Assembly (NCBI GenBank): GCA_963747695.1
Contig: CAVVFV010000008.1
Location: 75,592 to 139,591 of the forward strand
Direction: 5' to 3'
Length of the DNA stretch: 64,000 nucleotides
Origin: Candidatus Falkowbacteria bacterium
GTDB taxonomy: Bacteria; Patescibacteriota; Patescibacteriia; Patescibacteriales; WJLG01
Below, piece by piece: positions 1 through 12,200 of the stretch. A program made the translations under genes and the position numbers. The notes beneath the pieces were generated by a model that was given only the letters and a program-made list of their open reading frames with translations, was not told where the DNA came from and searched no databases. Numbering within the stretch: position 1 is the stretch's first letter; the number at the start of each line of letters is the position of its first letter.

Positions 1-168
1 TTCGCCAACAGCTTTGCCACTTCTTCGGTCGATTACGCGGGCGAACTATATTCTACCGACGCTTCCCTCCGCAATGCGGATGATACTTTCGATAATCTTT
101 ATCAGATTAGAAAAAGCTGGATCGACCAGCAACACTACCGCTGGCGGAATGATAATGGCGGAGGATAA
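1..168 (+). CDS. 3' end of an upstream gene (partial, open from the window edge to TAA 166..168); probably another repeat-type surface protein
   Basis: Frame 1 is open for 55 codons from base 1: FANSFATSSVDYAGELYSTDASLRNADDTFDNLYQIRKSWIDQQHYRWRNDNGGG*. The terminal HYRWRND motif is the one that opens the RWRNDD-type modules of the second giant gene (GRHYRWRNDDASAGSW near 59048). Confidence 0.4.
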   Translation, partial: FANSFATSSVDYAGELYSTDASLRNADDTFDNLYQIRKSWIDQQHYRWRNDNGGG

Positions 169-243
169 AGAAGTAAGAAGTGACGCCGTGCGAGGCGTCA
201 TCCCGAGCCGGTTGGCGAGGGATCTAGTAAGAAGTAAGAAGTG
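168..243. repeat. 15-bp perfect direct repeat AAGAAGTAAGAAGTG (168..182 and 229..243, each 2 x AAGAAGT) bracketing a 46-bp GC-rich spacer
   Basis: Read directly from the sequence. The spacer contains the hairpin GACGCC-N6-GGCGTC (182..199). The element lies between the upstream stop codon and the giant gene start. Confidence 0.6.
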
Positions 244-283
244 CAACATTAAAAGATAAAAAGCCGAACAAGGGGAAAAAGAG

Positions 284-3200
284 TTGGCAATGTTATATAA
301 AATTATAAAAAATAAAAATACCAGATATATTTTAGCGGGCGTAATCGCTGCCTTGCTCGTTTTTGTTTATGTCAATTACGTGACCGAAGCTGCCCGGCCG
401 AACACTCCGCCGACCGCCACGATCTATCAATATGGCAACAGCACTTCGACAGCGGTAAGCGATGGCGCTTATCTGAATAACAGTACGGTCAATTTTAAAG
501 CCACTACCTCCGATCCGGACAAAAATTCCGTAAAAATGTTTTTTAATCTGGCTTCCACCTCAGGCACCTTGCTTTCGGCCACGACGTCGCCGGCCAATGC
601 TTGTTCGACTTACACGGCTTACGCGAGCTGTCCGAGCAAGGTCTGGACGAATGGGACGGCGTCCACTTCGTCTTGGTATAATCCCGATTATCCTTATCGT
701 ATCGAATTTAAAGTCCTAACTGCTCAGGTGGCCGGCGCTCTGACCAATTTCCCGATTTATTTGAATATGGGCGATGTCGCCGGCAAGAATACCAACAACA
801 GTTTTTGGCAGCACACCAAGCGGAATAACGATGGCGGCGATATCGTCATCACCAATGCCGCCGGCACGAGAATGCCGGTCGAAGTCGTTTCCATTTCCAC
901 TTCCACCGCGGCCGGCGAAGTCTGGTTCCGCGCCGATTCCATCTCTTCGACTTCTCCCGCCACCTATTATCTTTATTACGGTTCTTCGACGGCGACCCAA
1001 GTTGCCTCGACCACGACTTACGGCGCGCGGGCAGTCTGGTCCAACGGCTTCGCGGCAGTTTATCACTTCGGTAACACTGGTTTCAAAGATTCCACCGGCA
1101 ACTATAACGGCACGAACGGCGGAACCGCGGCTACTTCTACTTTGGTAATCGGTACCGCTCAATATTTCAGCGGGTCGACGTATATCGATCTGGGCACGAC
1201 GCTTAACTTGAAAACGCAGATGACTCTTTCCGCCTGGGCCATACCGAAGTCGGGCTATGCCGTCTGGGGCAAACTGATCGGCAAGATGTATCCTTCCCAT
1301 ACTGCGCCTTTCGTCTGCTACGGTTTGGATTTTGACGGCTCCACTCCGCACTTGCCTCAAGTCGAAATAACTGCTTCCACTACGCAGGTCCAAGAAGTCG
1401 CCAAAGATACGACTGCCCCCGCCAATAACGCTTTATTTTGGTCAGCGGGAACTTATGATGGCGCGAACTTGCGGGCTTATTACAATGGCGCCCAGCAGGG
1501 AGTCACCGCTTTCACCAACTCGATCGCCTGGAATACCCAGCCGACCCAGCTTGGCCGCGCCTATTACGGCGGTGGCGGCGCCGAAACAGATTATTTCACC
1601 GGCGTGATGGATGAAGTCCACCTGGCGTCGACCGCCCGTTCGGCCAGATGGCTTTTGACTGAATATCATAACCAAAGCGCGCCCAATACTTTTATCGCGA
1701 CCTCAGCTACTCAAACCTACGTTTATCCCAGAAAAGCTATCAACATACCCTCGCTGCCGGACAATGGCTATAAGTGGCAGGCCATCGGTTGCGATTGGGA
1801 AGGGTGTTCGGGCCAGTGGGCGGCGATCACCGGCGCCACGCCGAATTTTACGATCGATACGACCAAGCCGACCAATCCGGGAATTTTAACCTTGAGTAAG
1901 AAAAACGACAGCTCGATCACTGTTAAATTCGGAGCGACCTCGACCGATACCAATTTCTACCAGTATAAGATTTATTACAAAGCCGGCGCCTCCGGCGTGA
2001 CCGAAGCCAATACCGCCTTCGGTTCTTCCACCAGCCCCGGCGATGCGACTTTCACCAATAATAATTTTTCCCGCCACACCACCACGACCATCACCGGTTT
2101 GGCCGCCAGTACTACTTATGTTTTCAAGATCTGGACTTATGATCTGGCCGGCAACAAAGCTTCGAGCAGCGCTGAATTTTTCACCGCCACTAAACATTTT
2201 CCCGCGGTATCTTCCGGCTTGAATCAATATAAAGCCGACGGGACAACCGTGATCGGCAACAACACCTGGGTCTTACAAAACGAAATTTTTTTAACCGCCA
2301 CATCTACTGATGCCGATTCCGACGCCATCACGCTTTACTATCAATTCGCGACAACTACCGAACCTTACCTTACTGCCACCACCACTCCGGTTGGCGCTTG
2401 TTCGTCGGGAACTACTTATGCCGGTTGTCCTGCTCACGTCTGGCAAACTCCCGCGGCCACCAAAAAAGTCGATTTGAAAAGCGTCGCTGACGGACAATAC
2501 CGCTGGCAAGTACTCGCTTGCGACGTTGACGGCTGCGCGCATACTTGGAAAACGTTCAGCGACTCCATACCGAATATCAAGCTCGATACGCTTGTTCCTT
2601 CGACGCCTGGTCCTCTGACTTTCATCGCTTCCACTACCGCTTCGATCAAACTCGGTTTCCCCGCGGCGGTGACCGAAGGAAATTTTTACGAATACAAGAT
2701 CTATTATAAAGTCGGCTCCACGACGCCGATCCACGAATCCGATTCGCTTTGGGGTTCGACTTCGGACGCCAATCTTCTTTCGCGGACCTTCAACAACAAG
2801 TCTTCAACCACCATTACCGGTCTCGTTCCAGCCACTACTTACAGTTTTTCGATCTGGGCTTATGATCTGGTCGGCAACAAGTCCAGTTCTTCTTTAGTTT
2901 GGGAGCGCACCGACCGCAGTCCGACGATCACGATGAATCCGGCCGGCGAATATGTCGACGGCAGCGGCAAAGTCACCGTCTCTTTCGCGGTCAACGATAT
3001 CGATCTGGAAACTCAAGTGATGGCCCAGGTGCAATATTATAATGATTTATTGTGCCGCGGCAGCGCCGCGCAAGCCAGCCTGGATCAAACCGTCGGCGCG
3101 ACCACCGCGAGCTACGGCGGCAATCCGGTAGTGCAGAATAAAAATACTTATCAGATCGGTACCTCGACCGGCTGGATTCTGACTACTTCCGGCGTCAATA

Positions 3201-6200
3201 CGATCAACTCAGTTTGGCTTTCCCAGACTGACCAGCCGGCCTGGAACGGCAATTATTGCGTCAAAGTTACGGTCAATGATAATCGCGGCGCCACCAACAG
3301 CGCCACCACCAGCGTTACAATCGACAACGTCGCGCCGACTGCGCCCGGCAACCTGACCTTCAGTAAAGAAACTTACAGCACCGTCTCCTTGAAGTTCGGC
3401 GCCGCCTCGACCGACACCAATTTTTCCCATTATAAAATTTATTATAAGAGCGGCAGTTCGGGAGTCACCGAAGCCGACGTTCCTTTTGATCAATATAATG
3501 ATTCGGCCTTGGGTTCGCGGACTTATCTTTCTCATTCTACCACCACGATCAGTAATTTAACCGTAAATACCACCTATTTTTTCAATATTTGGGCTTATGA
3601 TGCGTACGGCAACAGTACCAAAGCGGCGGAATATTCTACAACCACCAGAGCCTTGAACAGTTATTTTCCCTATGATTTGAGCCAGTATCCCGCCGCCACG
3701 ACGACGAAGATCGCCAATGGCGGCTGGAGCAACCAGAGCACGGTAAATTTGGCAGCCACCTCCACCAACGGCAACGGCGTGGACAATACGATTTATTTTC
3801 AATTGATCGACAATGCCGGTTCTTTCACCACCGCCACTTCGGAACCGGCTTCTTTTTGCTGGAGCGGCACAGCCTTTAGTTGTTCGTCGAAAATTTGGAC
3901 CAATTCGACCCCGGTGTCCGGCTGGTATAATTCCAGCTACCGCTATCGCGCCAAAATAACCGTCCCGGCGGCGCAGGTTTCCGGCTCGTTGTCCAATTTC
4001 CCCGTTTATCTAAACCCGGCGGTTTTGGGCCAGAGCACCTCTGTCTGGTCGCATTTCAAAAAGAACAGTGATGGTGGCGATCTCTTAGTTACCGATTCAG
4101 CCGGCAATCGTCTGCCGCTCGAAGTAGTCGCTTTCTCCACCTCCACTCATAGCGGAGAATTATATTTCCGCGCTACGACTTTGAGCAATTCGGCAAATAA
4201 TGATTTCTATCTCTACTATGGTTCCTCGACCGCCACCCAGCCGGCTTCGTCGACGACTTACGGTTCGCAGAATGTTTGGAGCAACGGCTATGCGGCCGTC
4301 TGGCATTATGCCGGGTCGTTGCGCGATTCCACCTGGCACAGCATCAACGGCACTAACAGCGGTTCGGTGGCGACGACTTCTTCTTCCAAACTCGGCAACA
4401 CCTCCCAAGCTTTCCGTTATTCAATCCCGGCTTATATCAATTATGGCGCTCCGGCCACGCTCGATATCCATGGCGTCAACCCGATCACCATCGAAAGCTG
4501 GGTTTATTTTACACTATTGGATGCTAATTACCGCACTTTCGTGAGTAAAGGCGATCAGCAATTCGGTTTGCAAAAAACCGCCGCGGCACCTGGGCGCATT
4601 AACTCGCAGATTTACGATACCAACTGGAAAAATATCGGCTCGAACGCCGATCTGGTCGCTAGTACCTGGTATTTCGCGGCCGGTTCCTACACGGGCGTAG
4701 CCGGCGGTCCCAATACCGTGTATGTCAACGGCGTCCCGAACGCCAGCACCACGGCTAATTTGATCAACGATGACGGCTCTAATTTCTGGGTCGGTGCTAA
4801 TTCGGGAGCCACCCAGCCTTTCAATGGTTTGATCGACGAGGTCCGTATCTCTTCCACTACCCGTTCCGACGGATGGATCACCACCGAATACGCCAACCAG
4901 AATGCGCCAAAAACTTTTTTCACCACTACTTCCGAACAATATTATTTTGCCGCCTCGGATAAGGCAGTGGAAATAATTTCTCTTCCCGACTCAAGTTATA
5001 AATGGCAAGCCTTTGCCTGTACGGTGGACAGAAAATGTTCGGCCTGGACCCCCTTTAATGTTACTGTCCCTAACTTCAGTATTGATACTCTCGCGCCCAG
5101 TACGCCCAACGCCTTGACCCGGATCGCTTCTACTACTACTTCGATCAAGCTTCATTTCCCGGCGGCCGTCACCGAAACGAATTTTTACGAATACAAAATA
5201 TATTACAAAGTCGGCTCCACTTCGCCGATCCATGAATCCGATTCGCTCTGGGGTTCGACAACAGATGCCAATCTTCTTTCCAAGACCTTCAACGGCAAGT
5301 CATCAACGACGATTACCGGGTTGACTCCAGCTACTACTTATAGTTTCTCGATCTGGGCCTATGACCTCGCGGGCAACAAATCCAGTTCGAGTTTGGTTTG
5401 GGATCGCACCGATCGCAACCCGGCGGTCTCGCTGTCCACTTATGCCGAGCGTACCGATGCCACTGGCAAAGTCGATCTGGGTTTTGCGGTATCTGATCCG
5501 GATGGCGACAATCAGGTAATGGCGCAAGTGCAATATTTTACCGATGCTAACTGCCACACGGCCGGCAGCCAGGCGACAATCGATCCGTCGGCTATTTCCG
5601 CCCAGCATGGGATTCCGGTCGTCCAGAATAAAAATACTTATCAGATCGGCACCACCACCGGTTGGATCGTCACTTCTTTTGGCGCCAATACAATCAGTTC
5701 GGTTTGGAATTCAGCCACGGATCAACCGGTCGGCGACGGCACTTATTGTTTGCAGGTAACCGTCAACGATAACAAAGGCGGCACCGCCTCGGCCACCACC
5801 TCGCTCACCATCGACAACAAAGCGCCGTCCGGTTTCGGTCCGCTGACGCTGTCTAAAAAGAATGATAATTCCGTGACGGTTAATTTCAATGGCCAAGCGA
5901 CCGAGACTCATTTCACCCAATACAAAATATATTACAAAGCAGGGTCGAGCAATGTGAAGCAGACCGATTCGCTCTGGAGCTCGGCTAACGATCCGTCTCT
6001 TGGTTCGCAAACCTATCTGGGCAATACCACTACGACGATCCCCGGCCTCACGGTCGCCACCACTTACGTTTTCAATATCTTCGCTTACGACTCTTACGGT
6101 CATGTGGCCTCGAATACTTCCGAATTCACCACCGCGACCAAGAATTTCCCGGCCGTTCCCACGAGTCCTAACCAATACCAAGCCGACGGCATCACGCTGA

Positions 6201-9200
6201 TTGCCAACACCGCCCTCGACAGCCAGAACGAAGTCTACCTCTCCGCCACTTCCACCGATCCGGACTCTGATGCTATCACTCTGTACTATCAGCTTGCCTC
6301 GACTTCCGGAACATTCATCACCGCCACCTCGACTCCGGCCGGAGCTTGCTCTTCCGGTACGACTTATGCTTCCTGCTCTTCGCGAGTCTGGTACACTCCG
6401 GCCGCCACCAAAAAAGCCGACCTCAAATCCATTCCCGACAATGATTATCAATGGCAGGTTTTGGCCTGCGACAAGGATGGCTGTTCGAGAAATTGGCAAG
6501 CTTTTTCTGCTTCGGTTCCCAATTTCACCATCGATACGACCGCCCCGACTGCGCCGGGTAATTTGACGCTCTCCAAAAAGAACGACAGTTCGATCACGCT
6601 CCATTTCGGTTCCGCCTCGACCGAACTACATTTCTCCCAATACAAAATATTTTATAAGGTGGGCATGAACGGCGTTACCGAAAATGATTCGCTTTTAAGT
6701 TCTTCGACCGATTCGGCTCTCGGGCACATTGACTACTCCGGACATGCTACCACCACTATCACCGGCCTCAATGCCGGCACCACCTATGTCATCAATATCT
6801 GGGCTTATGATTCATTGGGTCACAAAGCTTCAGCGATTGAAACCAATGCCACCACTAAGACTTTCCCGGCTAATCCTTCCAGTCTGAATCAATATCGCGC
6901 CGATGCCTTAACCCCGATCACTAATGGCGGGTATACGAATCAGAACGAAATTAATTTTTTCGCTACTTCAACTGATGTCGATGCCGACGCCCTGACTCTT
7001 TACTATCAATTGGCCACGACGAGCGGTACTTTTATCACGGTGACTTCAACTCCGGCGAGCGCTTGTTCCAGCGGCACAGCTTACGCTTCCTGCCCTTCAA
7101 GAGTCTGGCAAACTCCGGCCGCGACCAAGAAAGCCGATCTTAAAACTATTCCCGACGCCGGGTACAAATGGCAAGTGCTCGCTTGCGATCTGGACGGCTG
7201 TTCACATAATTGGTCGACGAATTCCTCCGTACCAAATTTTACTATTGATACCACCGCACCCAGTATACCCAACGCCTTGACCCATATCGCCTCCACCACC
7301 ACTTCGATCAAGCTGCATTTTCCCACGGCCGTCACCGAAACTAATTTTTACGAATACAAAATATATTACAAAGTCGGTTCCACTACCGCTATCCACGAAT
7401 CCGATTCGCTCTGGGGTTCGACTTCGGACGCCAATCTGCTTTCCCAGACCTTTAACGGCAAATCTTCAACGACAATTACCGGTCTGACTCCGGCCACCAC
7501 ATACAGCTTTTCGATCTGGGCCTATGACCTCGCGGGCAACAAATCCAGTTCGAGTTTGGTTTGGGATCGCACTGATCGCAGTCCGACTATTGCCATCAAC
7601 TCGGCGGCCGAACGGACTGATGCAACCGGCAAGGTAGATTTCGCTTTCGCGGTCAACGATCCGGATCAAGATGACCAGGTGATGGCGCAAGCGCAATACT
7701 TTACCGATCAATACTGTCACGCGGTAGCCGCCCAAACCACGCTTGATGAAACTGATGCGGCGACCACCGCGACTCACGGCGATCCGAAAGTCCAGAACAA
7801 AAATACTTATCAGATTGGCACCACCACCGGCTGGATTTTGACTTCCGCGGGAGTTAATACGGTCAGCACCGTTTGGAATTCGCAAACTGATTTGCCGACC
7901 GGCGACAATATTTACTGTCTCAAATTGACGGTTAATGATAACCGCGGCGCCACCGCTTCGGCTACCACCACGGTCGTGATCGACAACAAAGCGCCGTCCG
8001 GATTCGGTCCGCTGACGCTGTCCAAAAAGAACGACAATTCGATAACCATGAATTTCGGTTCAACGGCCACGGAAACCCATTTCACCCAATACAAAATATA
8101 TTACAAAGCAGGGTCGAGCAATGTGAAGCAGACCGATTCGCTCTGGAGCTCGGCTAACGATCCGTCTCTTGGTTCGCAAACCTATCTGGGCAATACCACT
8201 ACGACGATCCCCGGCCTCACGGTTAACACCACTTATGTTTTTAATCTTTTCGCTTATGATAGTTACGGCCATGTGGCCTCGAGCAGCGGAGAGTTCCCGA
8301 CCGCAACCAAAAATTTTCCCGCCTTGCCTTCTCTCCTTAGCCAATACAAATCCGATGGTGTGACGGCAATCGCGCTCGGGGGACTGACTAGCCAAAACGA
8401 AATCAAATTCACCGCCACCTCCACTGATTCTGATGCTGACGCGATCACCCTCTATTATCAGCTTGCTTCGACGAGCGGTACATATATTTCTGCCACCACG
8501 ACTCCCGCCGGCGCCTGTTCGAGCGGTACGGCCTGGACCAGTTGTCCGTCCCGAGTTTGGTACACTCCCGCCGCTACCAAAAAAGCCGACCTCAAATCCA
8601 TTCCCGACAATGATTATCAATGGCAAGTTTTGGCTTGCGACAAGGACGGCTGTTCAAGAAATTGGCAAACTTTCTCGGTCTCGGTGCCCAATTTCACTAT
8701 CGATACCACCGCCCCGACTGCGCCGGGAAATCTGACGCTCTCCAAGGAAAACGATAACTCAGTCACGCTCAAATTCGGCGCCGCGACAAGCGACTCCCAT
8801 TTCGAGCAATATAAAATTTATTACAAAGTCGGCGCTTCCGGAGTCAGTGAAACCGACTTGCTCTGGAGCTCCTCTTCTGATCCGTCTCTCGGGCAGATCG
8901 CTTATTCCGGGAATTCCACCACCACTATCGGCGGGCTTATTTCGGGGACGAATTATGTCTTTAATATCTATGCCTATGATGCCGCCGGGAATAAAGCCGC
9001 GGCCGCTTTAGAGTTGACGGTTCCGGTAAAATCGTTTCCCGGCAACGCCTCCGGCTTGCAGCAATATAAAGCCGATGGGACCACCTTGATTGCTAACGGG
9101 GCGTTCATTAATCAAAATACGGTTAATCTTTCCGCGGCGGCGACCGATCCCGATTCCGATCGCACCACTCTTTATTATCAGCTGACCACCACTTCCGCGG

Positions 9201-12200
9201 CGCTAATCACCGCCACCTCCGCGCCCAGCAATGCCTGTGCCGATAGTTCGGATTATGCAAGTTGCTCGGGAAAAGTTTGGGCCAACGTGCTGACCGATTG
9301 GTACAGTTCGGCCTGGCCGTACCGCGCCAAAATCACCGTAAATAAGAATAGCGTCCGCAGCAATCAGACTGGATTCCCGGTTTACGTTGATTTGTCGCTT
9401 TTTCCTTCCGGCCACACCATCTGGACGAATATGAAAAATGGCGGCGGCGATCTGTTGGTGACGGCCGCCGACGGCGTCACTCGTCTTCCGTTGGAAGTCG
9501 TCAGCGCCAGCACCACGCCCAAAACCGGAGAAATATATTTCAAGGGCGATATCTCGGCCTCGAGTAACACTGATTTTTATCTCTATTACGGAAATTCCGC
9601 CGCAACCCAGCCGGCTTCCACGACTGCTTATGGCGCGCAGAAAGTTTGGGACAGTAATTATGTCGGCGTCTGGCATTTGGGAGAAAGGGGAGTGGTCGAA
9701 AATTCAACCGGTAAAACTGCGGCCGGAACCAGAATGGGTTCGCCGATTCGGATGGCTGGCCAGTTGGGATATGGTCAAAATATCGAAGCCAACGGCGGCG
9801 TCGGTTTCAACTTGGGAAAACTGGGCTTGGCCGACGGCACCCACAATCATCTGACCATGGAGGTTTGGGCCGAGAACAACGGCACTTGGGAAAGCACCGG
9901 ACGGATCATCAGTCACAGTTCTTCCAGCGTGATTTTCTATTCCCTGTCGCGCGCCGCTGCTAACAACAGTCTCAGGATGGTGATTGACAATGCGACTGCC
10001 GGAAATAATCTCGCCTTTTCTACCAGTACCTGGCACTATATCGCGGGAACTTATGACGCAACATTAGGTTCGCTGCGCGCGAAATTGTTTATCGATAATA
10101 CGGCTTCGACTACCGCCGCCGCTAATTCCGGACCGATTAACGACGATAGCGGCGAAGGCTTTACAACCATCGGCCGGCGTTATGACGTGACCACCCAAGA
10201 TTGGCGAGGCGATGTCGATGAAGTCCGTATTTCTTCTTCCACCCGTTCTCAAAATTGGTTGATGACAACTTATAGTAATGAAAGCAATGATTCATCTTTC
10301 TTGACCATTGCCGACGGTGAACCAATTCCGGCGGCGGACACGATGGTTAAAATATTGTCTCTGCCGGACGGCGGCTATCAATGGCAAGCGCTGGCCTGTG
10401 ACGTTGATGGCTGCGCGCGGAATTGGAAAACTTTTAATGATAGCCTTCCCAATATTGAAGTTGATATCACTCCTCCCAGCACGCCCGGCCCGCTCACTCA
10501 CATCGCGTCCACCACCACTTCGATCAAGCTGCATTTTCCCACGGCCGTCACCGAAACTAATTTTTACGAATACAAAATATATTACAAAGTCGGTTCCACT
10601 ACCGCTATCCACGAATCCGATTCGCTCTGGGGTTCGACTTCGGACGCCAATCTGCTTTCCCAGACCTTTAACGGCAAATCTTCAACGACAATTACCGGTC
10701 TGACTCCGGCCACCACATACAGCTTTTCGATCTGGGCCTATGACCTCGCGGGCAACAAATCCAGTTCGAGTTTGGTTTGGGATCGCACCGATCGTAATCC
10801 GACGCTCGCGATCAATTCCCGCGCCGAACGGATCGACGGGACAGGTTTGGTCGATCTATCTTTCGCGGTAAATGATCCGGATGCTGACGACCAGGTGATG
10901 GCCCAGGTGCAATACTTCACCGACCAGAATTGCCATTCGTCCGGCAATCAGGCATATCTCGATGAAACCGATGCTAATACTACCGCGACTCACGGCGATC
11001 CGAAAGTCCAGAACAAAAATACTTATCAGATCGGTACCACCACCGGCTGGATTTTGACTTCGGCGGGGGTTAACGCTGTCAATACGGTTTGGTTATCGCA
11101 TCATGATCTTCCCGCCGGCGATGGAACTTATTGTTTAAAATTAACGGTCAATGATAACCGCGGCGGCACTGCCAGCGCCACTTCTTCGTTAACGATTGAC
11201 AATAAAGCTCCGTTCGGTTTCGGTCCGCTTACTTTTTCGAAAAAGAACGACAATTCGATCACTCTATTTTTCGGCAATGCGGCTTCGGAAAATCACTTCT
11301 CGCCCTATAAGATTTATTACAAAATCGGCGCGGCAGGAGTGAAACAAACCGATTCGCTTTGGAGTTCGGCCAATGACGCGGCGCTCGGTTATCAAAATTA
11401 TTCCGGTCATGCCACCACCACGATTACCGGCTTGAATTCCGGCGTGACTTATGTTTTTAATCTTTTCGCTTATGATACTTACGGCAATCTGGCTTCGAGT
11501 TCGCCCGAATTCACTACCGGGACCAAAAGTTTCCCGGCCGCGCCCTCAACCCTAACCCAATATCGCGCTGACGGCGTGACGACCATCGCACCCGGCGGTT
11601 TTATCAATCAAAATGAAATCAAACTGTTTGCCACTTCCACTGACGCCGATGCCGACGCCATTACTATCTATTATCAATTAGCGACCACGAGCGGGGCTTT
11701 CCTTTCCGCGACGACCACGCCGGCTTCGGCCTGCTCTTCGGGAACAACTTACGCGGGCTGTCCGAGCCGGGTTTGGCAAACGCCGGCCGCGACTAAGATG
11801 GCCGATCTGAAAACTATTTCCGACAACGGTTACGTCTGGCAGGCATTGGCTTGCGATACTGACGGCTGCTCCCGGAACTGGACCGCTTTTAGCGCGACGA
11901 TTCCGAACCTGACAATTGATATCACACCGCCGACAATATCTTCGTTCACGATGCCGGCCGGATATAGTTCGACCACCGTTCCCGTCAGCACTTTCTCGGC
12001 CAGCGACAATATCGGCGTGACCAAATATTTGATCACCAGCACTTCCACCACGCCAAGCTTGGGCGATCCCGGCTGGTCGCCGACACCGCAAGGTTCATTT
12101 ACTTTCCCCGGCGCTTCCGGCGTCAAAACCGCTTACGCCTGGGTGAGAGATGGAGCGGGAAATATTTCTTCAAGCGTCAGCGCGACGGTTACGCTTGACG

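Noticed and set aside
5711-6604. Long antisense ORFs inside the giant genes (e.g. 5711..6604 -, 297 aa; 13025..13798 -, 257 aa; 23774..24538 -, 254 aa; 27704..28360 -, 218 aa; 716..1393 -, 225 aa; 58988..59497 -)
   Set aside because: Their translations are Arg/Gly/Ile-rich low complexity without starts, signals or motifs. They lie opposite a much longer, clearly modular sense ORF and recur only because the sense strand is repetitive. They are shadow ORFs of a GC-rich third-position codon pattern.
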